Source of the DNA: Granulicella sp.
GTDB lineage: Bacteria; Acidobacteriota; Terriglobia; Terriglobales; Acidobacteriaceae
Length of the DNA stretch: 64,000 bases
Assembly: GCA_027339965.1 (NCBI GenBank)
Contig: DAHWNL010000036.1
Span: 59,691-123,690 of the forward strand
Direction of reading: 5' to 3'
Positions 38,393 through 48,370 of this stretch are shown piece by piece. Positions within the stretch are counted from its first letter, which is position 1; every line of letters starts with the position of its first letter. The notes beneath the pieces are model-generated. The model ran no database searches. It worked only from the letters and a program-made list of their open reading frames with translations, and was not told the DNA's origin. The position numbers and the translations under genes are program-made.

Positions 38393-39199
38393 ATGGTTCG
38401 CCCGGCTGCTCTCTTCCCGAATCTGGCGCCCGACCCGATTTCAACGCTGACTCCAGGGACGGTATCTAAAAAGGGTCCGGAGGACCCTGCCTCCGCTCGC
38501 ACAGGCTGGTTGCTCGCCCACTGCGATGGCGGATCCCGGGGCAATCCCGGACCGGCCGGTTATGGGGCACTGCTTCAGGACGAGTCGGGATCCGTGCTGG
38601 CCGAGCTTTCCGAGTTCCTGGGCAACCGCACCAACAACTACGCAGAGTACTGCGGCCTGCTGGGCTGCCTGCAGTGGGCGCTTGATCATGGCTATCGCCG
38701 GTTGCGCGTCGTCTCCGACTCCGAACTGATGGTCAAGCAGATTCAGGGCAGGTACAAGGTCAATTCGGCCGACCTCCGCCCGCTCTGGGAGCAGGCTCGC
38801 CAACGCATCGCGCAGCTCGACCGCTTTGAGATCTCCCATGCCCTGCGCCACAAGAATCGGCACGCTGATCAACTGGCCAACCAGGCGATGGATCGCGGCG
38901 CGCAGAGCCGTACCCTTCCGAGCCGCCACGGGCCAATCCCGGGGGCTGGAGATCAAGCCGCCCGGGTCCGGAGCACCGGCGCCGCGGACGCCGCCCAACC
39001 CAACCTGTCCGCCGACTCCGCGCCGGAAGTGGAACTCTCCGCAAGGCCCGTGCGAGGTTCTTCTGACAGCATGCAGATCTCAGGGCCGCCGGCGTTGGGC
39101 CGCCAGATGCTGCGCGGGTTCACTCGCAATGGAGTTGTCCACCTTCTTGGCGAAGCCGTCCTGCCGGATGGAATCTTCGTTAAGGTCATCCCGGAGTAA
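38393..39199 (+). CDS. rnhA: Ribonuclease HI family (archaeal/actinobacterial type) with a C-terminal extension
   Basis: CDGGSRGNPG, TNNYAEY, VSDSELMVKQ and NRHADQLAN; the D-E-D-D catalytic set is present. Confidence 0.85.
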   Translation: MVRPAALFPNLAPDPISTLTPGTVSKKGPEDPASARTGWLLAHCDGGSRGNPGPAGYGALLQDESGSVLAELSEFLGNRTNNYAEYCGLLGCLQWALDHGYRRLRVVSDSELMVKQIQGRYKVNSADLRPLWEQARQRIAQLDRFEISHALRHKNRHADQLANQAMDRGAQSRTLPSRHGPIPGAGDQAARVRSTGAADAAQPNLSADSAPEVELSARPVRGSSDSMQISGPPALGRQMLRGFTRNGVVHLLGEAVLPDGIFVKVIPE

Positions 39200-39211
39200 A
39201 CCGCGTGCCTG

Positions 39212-40162
39212 ATGAGATTCACGACTTCATCGCAGCGGCCGGATCCAGGCCGGCGAACCTCCGACCGGAGGCCTTTGGCTGGAGCTGCCGTCTCCGCCCG
39301 CGGGTGGAAGCAGATGTGTAGGGTTATCCGGCCAAGGCTTGCGCGGCTGCCGGCGGCTCTGCTGGCGGTGCTTGGCTTCTGGCCGCCGGTGGCGGGCACC
39401 CAGTCAACCTCGCCGGAGGCGATGGCACTGGTGCGCTCCGCCGTGGCGGCCGAGATGCATGCCAGTCACACGGACCTCAGCATCTGGACCTATCTGGACC
39501 ACGATGTCACCCCTGGGTTGGACGCCACCTACCGTACCATTGAGACCCGTGAAGGTGCGCTGCGGCGCATGATCCGGAAAAATGGCCAGCCCCTGACCCC
39601 CAAACAGGCCCGGGCTGAGACGAGGCGGATCGACAGCTTCGTGGCCAGCCCCTCGGCGCGGGCCAAAGCCAGCAGGGACAGCGCTCATGACGGAGCCCAG
39701 GCTGCCCAGTTGCTCTCTATCCTCCCGAATGCCTTTTTCTGGACCATCGTGAGCCAGACCCCGCGGCAGGTGACCCTCCACTTCCAGCCCAATCCTCAGT
39801 ACAACCCCCCGGGGACGGACATGGAGGCGCGGGTGATGAGCGCCATGGCCGGGGAGATGATCGTCGCGCGAGACGGCGATCGCATCCGTTCGCTGCGCGG
39901 CCGCCTGACGCACAACATCCTGATTGGCTTCGGTCTTCTCGCCAAGCTCTACGCAGGAGGCACGTTCGATGTGGAGCGCAGAGACGTTGGCGAGGGGCGA
40001 TGGCAGATTACCCAGACCCATGTCCACATCGCCGGCTACGCCCTGCTCTTCAAGACCATCGGCCAGCAGGAGGACGAGGTGAAGACCGAGTGGAAACCTT
40101 CCACCGATGAGACCCTGGAGCAGGCGGCACGCACGTTAGACGCTCTGGCTGCCCGGCCCTGA
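39212..40162 (+). CDS. Exported hypothetical protein (start uncertain)
   Basis: Long GC3-rich ORF with a signal-like segment LPAALLAVLGFWPPVAG and a beta-rich C-terminus. Confidence 0.7.
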   Translation: MRFTTSSQRPDPGRRTSDRRPLAGAAVSARGWKQMCRVIRPRLARLPAALLAVLGFWPPVAGTQSTSPEAMALVRSAVAAEMHASHTDLSIWTYLDHDVTPGLDATYRTIETREGALRRMIRKNGQPLTPKQARAETRRIDSFVASPSARAKASRDSAHDGAQAAQLLSILPNAFFWTIVSQTPRQVTLHFQPNPQYNPPGTDMEARVMSAMAGEMIVARDGDRIRSLRGRLTHNILIGFGLLAKLYAGGTFDVERRDVGEGRWQITQTHVHIAGYALLFKTIGQQEDEVKTEWKPSTDETLEQAARTLDALAARP

Positions 40163-40340
40163 TGGTAGCTCCCCGGCCGCATTCTGGCCGGCATCGGGCT
40201 AAATCTCCGCAGTTCAGCAGGTTCCGGCGCGCCCGAGGCGAGATGCGCATCGGCTTCTCCTCAGCTTTCGCACCTTGGCCCCCTCACGGCTCACATCGGT
40301 GGCGAAGGGAGGCCGGGAAGCGGCGCCGGCTAGCGGTTAT

Positions 40341-40449
40341 AGCATTTTCAGTGTTGCTGGGTGCACCGGAGATGGCGTGTAGTGGCGTTTTCATTGGGGA
40401 AAACGTCCATAGAAGTCGAGGCATTGGGTACACCTACACTGAAACTGCT
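40341..40449. mobile_element. ~110-bp MITE/REP-like element, copy 2
   Basis: AGCATTTTCAGTG...CACTGAAACTGCT; aligns end to end with 1026-1135 at roughly 80-85% identity by hand. Confidence 0.75.
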
Positions 40450-40502
40450 TTCGCGTTGGTGATTTCGCATCTCAACCCCCGGCGTGGCAATCTAAGAGAT
40501 GC

Positions 40503-42086
40503 GTGACGATGATCTTTTCTTCATGGGTGCCTTGGGGCCAGTTCGGATGCCGCCGGGCTGGATGCGGCTGGCTGCGTGGGCGGCTGCTAGTCCTTCTGTG
40601 CCTGACGGCGCTCTCGGTCTCCGGACAGGCTCCGCAGCAGACTCGTGCGCTTCCTCAGGCGCCCAGCGCCTTGCTGGCGGCCCGTGAGGAAGCGCTCGCC
40701 AGACCTGCCGGGTCAGGGTTCGTCTTTGCGCCTGCCGGAATCTTCACCACACCGGGCGGATACACCGTGGAGCGTCCGAGTCAGGCTGCCTTACGGCTCT
40801 CTCTGGATGATGCCATTTCGATCGGCCTGACTCGCAATGTGCGCTTGAAGTATGACCGTGCCACGGAACGGGCTGTTAGAGGCGATACGCTCGGCGTCCT
40901 GAGCGCCCTGATTCCTAATATGAGCGTGAACGGGCAGGTGAGCGCGCAGGAGCTTGATCTGGCTGCTTTCGGCTTTGAACCCTCAACCTTGGGGGTGTTT
41001 CTGCGCTCCGGTCTGCTGCCGCCGGGCTACACCTTCTCAGAGATCGTCAAGTTTGACGTTTTACAGGGTTCGTTGAACGCCAGTCAGGTGCTCTTCAATC
41101 TGCCCGATTATGAGATCTATCGTGGCGCGGGCAATGAGGTGCGGGTCGTCGACCTGAATCGGCTCACCGACCGTGGCAATCTTGTTCTTCAAGTCGGAAT
41201 GCAGTATCTGCAGATTCTCTCCGACCAAGCCAACCTGAACAATGCGCAGGCCCAGCAACGCTCGGCCAGAACGCTCTTTGATCAGGCCGAACAGAAGTAC
41301 CACGCGGGCACGGGGACCAGGCTGGACGCACTGCGCGGGCGGGTGGAGTTTCAACAGCGCGAAGAGAATGTGACCGTCGCCAGAGATCAGTTGGACAAGG
41401 ATTTGATCCAGTTGACGCGCCTGCTGGGACTTCCCGCCGGCCAGAAGCTGGAGCTGACCGATCCCGAGCCCTTTGCTCAACTCGATGAGATGGATTTGCA
41501 GGCGGCCAGGATCACCGCCTACAGGCACCGCAAGGATTATCTGAGCCTGCTGCAGCAGATTGCCCTGGCTCAGCGCGAACTCAAAGCGGTAAAGTATCAA
41601 CGTTTGCCGACGCTCGCCTTCAACGGAGACTATGGCGTCATCGGCTTGACGGCGGGACCGTATCATGGCGATTTCACTGCCGAGGGCTCCTTGCGCATAC
41701 CCCTCTTCCGCGAGGCCGCCCAGCGGGGAGAGCAAGATGTGGTGGGCGCTCAGCTTACCGCCCTGCGCCAGCAGTTGAGTGATCTGCGAGTGACCATCGA
41801 CGCCCAGATTCGCACCTCGATGCTGGATGTGGACGCCGCCCGGCAACTGGTCAAAGTGGCCCAAAGCAATGTCGCGCTGGCCCAGCAGGAGCTGTCCGAT
41901 GAGCAACAGAGGTTTGCGGCGGGAGTGGATGATAACCTTCCGGTGGTGGACGCTGAGGCAGCGGTCGCCAATGCCCAGGCGCAACTGGTCAACTCCCTGT
42001 ATCAATACAATGTGGCGAAGCTGAACCTGGCCAGGAATACAGGCGTGGTGGAAACCCGTTACCGCGCCTACCTGGGTCAACCCTGA
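40503..42086 (+). CDS. TolC-family outer-membrane efflux protein
   Basis: LSLDDAISIGL, YHAGTGTRLD, RLPTLAF and RFAAGVDDNLPVVDA; two OEP repeats. Confidence 0.88.
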   Translation: MTMIFSSWVPWGQFGCRRAGCGWLRGRLLVLLCLTALSVSGQAPQQTRALPQAPSALLAAREEALARPAGSGFVFAPAGIFTTPGGYTVERPSQAALRLSLDDAISIGLTRNVRLKYDRATERAVRGDTLGVLSALIPNMSVNGQVSAQELDLAAFGFEPSTLGVFLRSGLLPPGYTFSEIVKFDVLQGSLNASQVLFNLPDYEIYRGAGNEVRVVDLNRLTDRGNLVLQVGMQYLQILSDQANLNNAQAQQRSARTLFDQAEQKYHAGTGTRLDALRGRVEFQQREENVTVARDQLDKDLIQLTRLLGLPAGQKLELTDPEPFAQLDEMDLQAARITAYRHRKDYLSLLQQIALAQRELKAVKYQRLPTLAFNGDYGVIGLTAGPYHGDFTAEGSLRIPLFREAAQRGEQDVVGAQLTALRQQLSDLRVTIDAQIRTSMLDVDAARQLVKVAQSNVALAQQELSDEQQRFAAGVDDNLPVVDAEAAVANAQAQLVNSLYQYNVAKLNLARNTGVVETRYRAYLGQP

Positions 42087-42197
42087 CTGTTCTCGGAAAC
42101 CAGCCGGCGCTTCCCCGGCAGGTACAAGCCTTTCCACCGCCAGAGATCCTGCCCCGGCTTGTAAGATTTGTAAGATGAGGACGTGGAGACCAAACCA

Positions 42198-42881
42198 ATG
42201 AGGAACCGCGTCCTGCTGAGCTGGTCTGGAGGGAAGGACTGCGCCTGGGCCCTACACCTGCTCCGGCAGAACCCCGAGTTCGAGGTTGTGGGTCTGCTGA
42301 CCACGGTCAATCAACACTTCGGCCGCGTGGCCATGCATGGATTCCGCGAGGAACTCCTGGATCTGCAAGGAGAAGCGGCAGGATTGCCATTATGGAAGGT
42401 GCCCTTGCCCTGGCCCTGCTCCAACCAGGTCTACGAGTCGCTGATGGCCGAGGTCTGCCGGGAGGCGGTCTCCCAAGGGCTCTATGGAATCGCCTACGGA
42501 GATCTTTTTTTGGAAGATGTTCGAGCCTACCGCATGGAGAAGATGGCAGGGACAGGGTTGGCGCCAATCTTTCCCTGCTGGCTGATTCCCACCGGAGGCC
42601 TGGTGCGGCAGATGATCGCCGCGGGCGTGCGAGCGCACCTGGTGTGCGTGGATTCCCGTAAGATGGACAGAAAGTTCGCCGGCCGGGTGCTGGATGATCT
42701 CCTGCTCTCCGAACTGCCGGAGTCGGTGGACCCTTGCGGGGAGCGGGGCGAGTTCCACACCTACGTGAGCGCCGGGCCGATGTTCTCCGGTACCATTGAA
42801 GTGTCGCAGGGCGAGATTGTCGAGCGCGACAACTTTGTTTATGCCGATCTGCTCCCGGCGGCGAATGCGAAGCATGGCTAA
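42198..42881 (+). CDS. Dph6-like adenine nucleotide alpha-hydrolase (PP-loop ATPase)
   Basis: [23 protein letters not shown] and [11 protein letters not shown]. Confidence 0.88.
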   Translation: MRNRVLLSWSGGKDCAWALHLLRQNPEFEVVGLLTTVNQHFGRVAMHGFREELLDLQGEAAGLPLWKVPLPWPCSNQVYESLMAEVCREAVSQGLYGIAYGDLFLEDVRAYRMEKMAGTGLAPIFPCWLIPTGGLVRQMIAAGVRAHLVCVDSRKMDRKFAGRVLDDLLLSELPESVDPCGERGEFHTYVSAGPMFSGTIEVSQGEIVERDNFVYADLLPAANAKHG

Positions 42882-44616
42882 TTCTTTTTCCCGCTATCTG
42901 GCTAACCTTTTCCCCAGGCATCTTGACGCTCAGTCCGCCTTCCACCGGAGGGCGTGGGGCTTGTTCCTCTGCGTGCTGGGAGGCTCTTTGCTGAGCGGAG
43001 CCTTCAGCCCTGCGCGGAGCCAGGTACTGGCGCAAAGAAATTGGGCCGGCTCCGGCGTCACGGTGCAGACCTGGTGGCGCCGGGGGGTGTTTTACCGCAT
43101 CGATCCACGCCGTTTCCAGGACTCGGCAGGCGATGGACAGGGGGATCTGTACGGAATCACTGAACGGCTGGATTACCTGCAGTCGCTGGGAGTGGATGCG
43201 CTGATCATCGAGACCGATCCCGAGTTGGACCAGGCGGCCGCAACCCTGAGACCAGCCACTCCCATCCTCCACGTGTCCGCCGGCTCTGACGCCATGGAGC
43301 CTACACCAGCGGTCAGCGCGGCTTTCGATACCCTGATGCGGTCCGCGATCGAGAGACATCTTCGAGTACTGGTGGAGCTGGGCGCGCCAGCCTCGCAGAG
43401 CGGAGATGCGCAATATCTGGCCTCCGCCCGAGCGTGGCTGAGCCAAGGGGCTTCGGGTCTCTATCTTCCCATCCCCGCCCTGCAGCAGGTGGATGGTCCG
43501 GAGCATGTGGCTCAATTGGTGGACCAGCTTCATGAACTCACGGATGGTTTTCCGGGCCAGCGAATCTTGCTGGCCGATGCCCCGGCGAATGGGGACCCGC
43601 TGATCGGAGATGCGCTGGCTCGGGACGTCCAGCTCACCGCCGCGCCGCCTCTGGGAGCGCCGCACGGCCCCTCTGACGGCAGCGCGGAGGAGATGCCCGC
43701 GGCAGCCGCCCTGCGCGCGGCCTGGGTGGCCGACCTGAGCGCAGATTCCGACCCCGGTGGAGACAGCGCACCCTCCGGCAGCGCCGCCCGGCACCCTCGG
43801 TCTGATGCCGATCTCCGCATCGAGACCGGCGGTCGCATCGCGGTAAAAAGAGCCCGCGACCCTCTGCTGGTGGCCGAACGTGTACCCGCAGGGAAGGATC
43901 CTGCCCAGCAGATGGCTTTGCAGCGGACGCTGGCGATGATGACGCTGGCATCGCGCTCGGCAGTGCTGCTGGAGTACGGACAAGAACTGGGCTTGGAAAC
44001 CGCTGCCGGCCGAGCTCCGCTGATGCAGTGGACGCCCACGAACCTCACCCGCAAGCCGCCTCCCAAGCCCGCGCCTCCCCGGCTTCTGCCGGCGCCGCAA
44101 CCGGGCTACGCAACTTTCTTGCCCTATGTACCCCCGTTGCCCAGGGATCTGTTTCCCCCGCCGCCGATGCCTGAGGTGGTGGAGAACGACCAGCCGCCAC
44201 CTGTGAATCCCGCGCTGCTGCCCGGCTTTACCAAGGGCAACTTCGATCCGGCACTGGAGGCCCCCAATGGAGCCACGGCCAATGTAGCGCTGGAGTCGGG
44301 GCAGGACGGGTCGTTGCTGAATCTTTACCGGCAGTTGATTGCACTACACCACGACAACGCCACGCTGCGCGACGGAGCTGAGGAGATTCTGGACTTTGAT
44401 GCTCTGGATGCGCTGGTCTGGGTGCGAACGGCTCCGCCCGGCTCGCGAACATCGAGCACCGTCGTGGCGGCTTGCAACCTCTCTGGCAGCCCTCTGGTGC
44501 TGGGCCGTGACCTGGGCGCGTTCAAGATAAAGTCCCTGCGCTCTGCTTTGCAGCCAGAGCCAGTGGACCTGATGAAGATTGCGTCCGGGGCAGTTATGTT
44601 GGGGCAAATCCGCTAA
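42874..44616 (+). CDS. Exported GH13 alpha-glucosidase-like protein, catalytic residues apparently lost
   Basis: GH13 scaffold present ([58 protein letters not shown]). No GFRxD or NHD motif. Signal peptide present. Confidence 0.78.
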   Translation: MANSFSRYLANLFPRHLDAQSAFHRRAWGLFLCVLGGSLLSGAFSPARSQVLAQRNWAGSGVTVQTWWRRGVFYRIDPRRFQDSAGDGQGDLYGITERLDYLQSLGVDALIIETDPELDQAAATLRPATPILHVSAGSDAMEPTPAVSAAFDTLMRSAIERHLRVLVELGAPASQSGDAQYLASARAWLSQGASGLYLPIPALQQVDGPEHVAQLVDQLHELTDGFPGQRILLADAPANGDPLIGDALARDVQLTAAPPLGAPHGPSDGSAEEMPAAAALRAAWVADLSADSDPGGDSAPSGSAARHPRSDADLRIETGGRIAVKRARDPLLVAERVPAGKDPAQQMALQRTLAMMTLASRSAVLLEYGQELGLETAAGRAPLMQWTPTNLTRKPPPKPAPPRLLPAPQPGYATFLPYVPPLPRDLFPPPPMPEVVENDQPPPVNPALLPGFTKGNFDPALEAPNGATANVALESGQDGSLLNLYRQLIALHHDNATLRDGAEEILDFDALDALVWVRTAPPGSRTSSTVVAACNLSGSPLVLGRDLGAFKIKSLRSALQPEPVDLMKIASGAVMLGQIR

Positions 44617-44628
44617 GGCAGCATCTAA
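44604..44628 (+). promoter_or_regulatory. Candidate ECF-like promoter GCAAATCCG-N9-CATCTAA upstream of htrA
   Basis: Matches the motif at 1152-1176. Confidence 0.4.
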
Positions 44629-44684
44629 GATAGAGAAGCAAATTGGCGTCTGCGATGCCAGCAGCGCTCAAGGATTCGCGACCG

Positions 44685-45914
44685 ATGAAATTCCGTCCTG
44701 TTCTTCTGGTTCTTTTGATTCTGAGTGGCTTTTACTTTCTGACCACCCGCTGGGCTCCCTCCGGCGCCATGGCCGGCCTGATGCGCCCCGGTAAGACCAA
44801 AGTGGTGGCCAACCCCGACGGCAGAGCCACCTCTACCACCGGCAGCTCCATGGGGGATTTCGCTTTGACGGAGGCTGACGCCGCTCCTGAGTACACCTCG
44901 GAGGAGATGCAGAACATCGCGGTGTACAAGAAGGCGTTGCCCTCGGTGGTGAACATCACCAGCACGGAGGTGGTCTGTTGTGACTTTTTCCTCCAACCGG
45001 TTCCGCAGCAGGGCCAGGGTTCGGGCTTTCTGATCGATAACCAGGGCCACATCCTGACCAACGACCACGTCATCGACAACGCCCAGACCGTCGAAGTGAC
45101 TCTCTGGAACAAGAGAAGGTTCAAGGCCGCCGTCGTCGGCGCAGACCGCTTTCATGACGTGGCGCTGCTGCAGATCCAGGGAGCCACGGATCTCAAACCG
45201 GCCACCCTGGCTGACTCCACCCATCTGCTGGTGGGCCAGGAGGTCTATGCGATCGGCAACCCCTTCGGCTTCTCCGGAACCATGACCCACGGGATGATCT
45301 CGTCCATCCGCTCGGTCATCCTTCCCTCCGGCAATCGCATTGAGGATGCCATTCAGACCGATGCTCCCATCAATCCGGGCAACTCCGGCGGGCCTCTGCT
45401 CAACTCGCACGGGGACGTGATCGGCATTACCACGATGATCGCCTCCAATCCCAACGGCGGGGCCGATCAGTCGGCGGGCATCGGTTTCGCCATTCCCATC
45501 CAGACGGCGGAAGCTGTGGTTCGGGACATCATGCGCTACGGTCACGCCGTTCGTCCGTCACTGGACATTGTGACCCTGCCCATTGGGCCCTACGAGGCAC
45601 AGGAGATTGGCCTTCCGGCCGACTACGGTATCCTGATCGAGCGTGTGCTCCCAGGAGGAGCGGCCGCCCGCGCCGGTCTGCGCGGAGGCAATCAGCTGGC
45701 CTATCAGGGCAACACCCAGGTGATGCTGGGCGGAGATCTCATCGTTGGCTTTGATGGCCAGTCCATCGCCTCTCCGCAGGATCTCTCCAACGCGCTCAAC
45801 GCCCACCGCGCCGGCGATACGATCACGCTTACCATCTACCGTGGCCGGCAGCGCATGAATATCAAGGTCACCCTCTCGGAGGCCAGGCAGAACTACAGCG
45901 GTCAAACAGCCTAG
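44685..45914 (+). CDS. htrA: HtrA/DegP-family serine protease with one PDZ domain
   Basis: GSGF, LTNDHV, DVALL, AIGNPFG, QTDAPINPGNSGGPL, and a C-terminal PDZ. Confidence 0.93.
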   Translation: MKFRPVLLVLLILSGFYFLTTRWAPSGAMAGLMRPGKTKVVANPDGRATSTTGSSMGDFALTEADAAPEYTSEEMQNIAVYKKALPSVVNITSTEVVCCDFFLQPVPQQGQGSGFLIDNQGHILTNDHVIDNAQTVEVTLWNKRRFKAAVVGADRFHDVALLQIQGATDLKPATLADSTHLLVGQEVYAIGNPFGFSGTMTHGMISSIRSVILPSGNRIEDAIQTDAPINPGNSGGPLLNSHGDVIGITTMIASNPNGGADQSAGIGFAIPIQTAEAVVRDIMRYGHAVRPSLDIVTLPIGPYEAQEIGLPADYGILIERVLPGGAAARAGLRGGNQLAYQGNTQVMLGGDLIVGFDGQSIASPQDLSNALNAHRAGDTITLTIYRGRQRMNIKVTLSEARQNYSGQTA

Positions 45915-46154
45915 CGTCATTGGATTGGGCGGTCGGGATGGAGGACTGCCGAGAGACCCTGCGGGTACAGTCTGCCATGCGACGGGTTTTGAGGAGGAGC
46001 GAAGCAGGCGCCGAGGTTGTCCCCGGGGTTCTGTTTTAATGGAATCTGAGCCTGTGACGAGAGGATCTCCGGTTTAGGCCGGCTCCCCCATTGGATTGCC
46101 GATGCGGTTCCCGACGCAGGTCAAAGTCCAGATTTTCAGGAAAGTGGGAGTGCA

Positions 46155-47336
46155 ATGGAGGAGTTTCGACGGCTAGCTCGCCTGCCGGCCTATGTGTTCA
46201 ATGTGACCGGCGAGTTGAAGGCCGCCGCCCGCCGCCGCGGAGAAGACATCATCGACTTCGGCATGGGCAATCCCGATGGGGCGACCCCGAAGTTTATTGT
46301 GGACAAGCTGATTGAGGCGGCTCAGCGTACCACCACCCACCGCTACTCGCTCTCGCGGGGCATACCGAGACTTCGGGCTGCCATCTGCAACTGGTACCAG
46401 CGGCGCTATGACGTCTCCCTGGACCCGGAGAGCGAGGCCATTGTCACCATCGGCTCCAAGGAAGGCATCGCCCATCTGTGTCTGGCCGTTCTGGATAGCG
46501 AAGATACGGTTGCGGTTCCCAATCCAAGCTATCCGATTCATATCTTCGGACCGGTCATTGCGGGTTCCAGGGTTCAGGGCATCTCCCTGGACGAGTACGA
46601 CCAGGAGGCCCTGATCCAAAAGCTGGAGTATGAGCTGCCGCGCATGCAGCCACGGCCCAAGATCCTGATCCTGAACTTTCCCGCCAACCCTACGACAGCC
46701 TGCGTGGATCTTGCTTTTTTCGAGCGCATGGTTCCCCTATGCACAGACCTGGGAATCTATATCGTGCATGATCTGGCCTATGCGGACCTTGCGTTTGATG
46801 GCTATGCGGCCCCCAGCGTACTGCAAGTTGCTGGGGCCAAGGAGATTGCCGTCGAGTTTTTCACGCTCTCCAAGAGCTACAACATGCCGGGATGGCGGGT
46901 GGGCTTCATGGTGGGTTGCCCCAAACTGGTCGCCGCTCTGGGGCGGATCAAGAGTTACTTTGACTACGGCATGTTCACGCCGATCCAGGTTGCATCCATC
47001 GCCGCATTGGAGGGACCGCAGGACTGCGTGGCGCAGATTCGTGAGACCTACAGATCACGCCGGGATGTGCTGGTAACTGGCCTCAACCGGCTGGGTTGGC
47101 CGGTGGATCTGCCCAAGGCGACCATGTTCGTCTGGGCGCGCATTCCAGAGGCCTATCATGCCCTGGGGTCTATGGAGTTCTCCAAGAAGTTGCTGGCCGA
47201 AGCCAAGGTGGCGGTGAGCCCAGGGGTAGGGTTTGGCGATCGTGGAGATGGCTTTGTTCGTTTTTCCTTGATTGAAAATGAGGAGCGTAGCCGTCAGGCG
47301 CTGCGGGGCATCAAGCAGATGTTCAAGATGGGCTGA
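46155..47336 (+). CDS. alaC: PLP-dependent class I aminotransferase, AlaC-like
   Basis: RLPAYVF, DFGMGNPDG, HRYSLSRGIPRLR, HDLAYAD, SKSYNMPGWRVGF and SYFDYG. Confidence 0.88.
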   Translation: MEEFRRLARLPAYVFNVTGELKAAARRRGEDIIDFGMGNPDGATPKFIVDKLIEAAQRTTTHRYSLSRGIPRLRAAICNWYQRRYDVSLDPESEAIVTIGSKEGIAHLCLAVLDSEDTVAVPNPSYPIHIFGPVIAGSRVQGISLDEYDQEALIQKLEYELPRMQPRPKILILNFPANPTTACVDLAFFERMVPLCTDLGIYIVHDLAYADLAFDGYAAPSVLQVAGAKEIAVEFFTLSKSYNMPGWRVGFMVGCPKLVAALGRIKSYFDYGMFTPIQVASIAALEGPQDCVAQIRETYRSRRDVLVTGLNRLGWPVDLPKATMFVWARIPEAYHALGSMEFSKKLLAEAKVAVSPGVGFGDRGDGFVRFSLIENEERSRQALRGIKQMFKMG

Positions 47337-48370
47337 TCGTCGCAGCCGCGGGCGGTGGCAGGGGCCCGCGGTTGATCGGTGTCACGGGGCCGGTGGCCCA
47401 AATGGAACCGAGCCGAGAGTGCCTTGAGGGGAATCTCCAAATCATTCCGCTGGCGGAAGTTGCGTCAGGCGCCTCGACTTCCTTGGGCTCCGACTTCCTT
47501 GGGCTCCGGCCAGCGCGTCGATCTTCCATGGCCGGCAGGGTCGAAGAGATGGAGTGACGGACTCATGGCATCGTCTCTCGGGTTCGCCCGGCCTGGAATC
47601 CAATGGAAGAAGCGGCCAAGCGGGACCTGTGCGCGAATCCCAGGGGACGCACTGGACGGGAGGCGCTGGACGCGAGCGGCTTCGGCCCGAAGAGTGGCAG
47701 AGCAAGCCTGATCCGTCAAGCGGATTCGTGCCAACTTTGAGCTTCCATATCGGCTCCAATGGTTCGAGGCTTGCATATTCTTAAGTAACCTTATATTTGA
47801 TTACTCTGCTCGGCTCTCGCTGAAGTGCGGCTTCCGCATGCCTCGAACTGGTCGAACAGTCACTCTCAGAGCTGTTCTGTTTTCAGACGATCTCTGCTCT
47901 CTCGACGAGCTAAGCTTTTGGCACTCTTCGAAATCGAATGAGTATGGGGTAAGAAACAGATAAAAAGCATGATACATCTTTCCGACTATTCGAAATGAGG
48001 CGCGCGGAGAGCGATCAGCCTCCTGCGGTTGGCGAAAGCATTCTGCCGATCAATGTCCATCGAATGGAGATCTCAGGCGACCTGCAGGGTCGAAGCGCGG
48101 CTCTGCGCAAGCTCTGGGCTGGTTTATCGTATCCAACTTAAATTACCTAGAAACAATAGCTTAATAGCCTTCGGTCATGGCAGAGAATGGACCTCTCCGC
48201 TGGCCGGCTACCCCTGTGCATTGATCAATTGATTACTTGTCAACCAGGAGTCGCTTCGAGCAGTTTCTATAGCTCCCTTTGAGACCATATGCTAAGCTCC
48301 AGAGTAATCACAATTGTGGTTACTATAGTGCAGGTCAGTAACTTCCGATAAGAAGAAAACTAACCGGTCG

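Noticed and set aside
38393..39199. RNase H as part of a retroelement or defence system
   Set aside because: No reverse transcriptase or effector nearby; the motifs match a housekeeping RNase HI.
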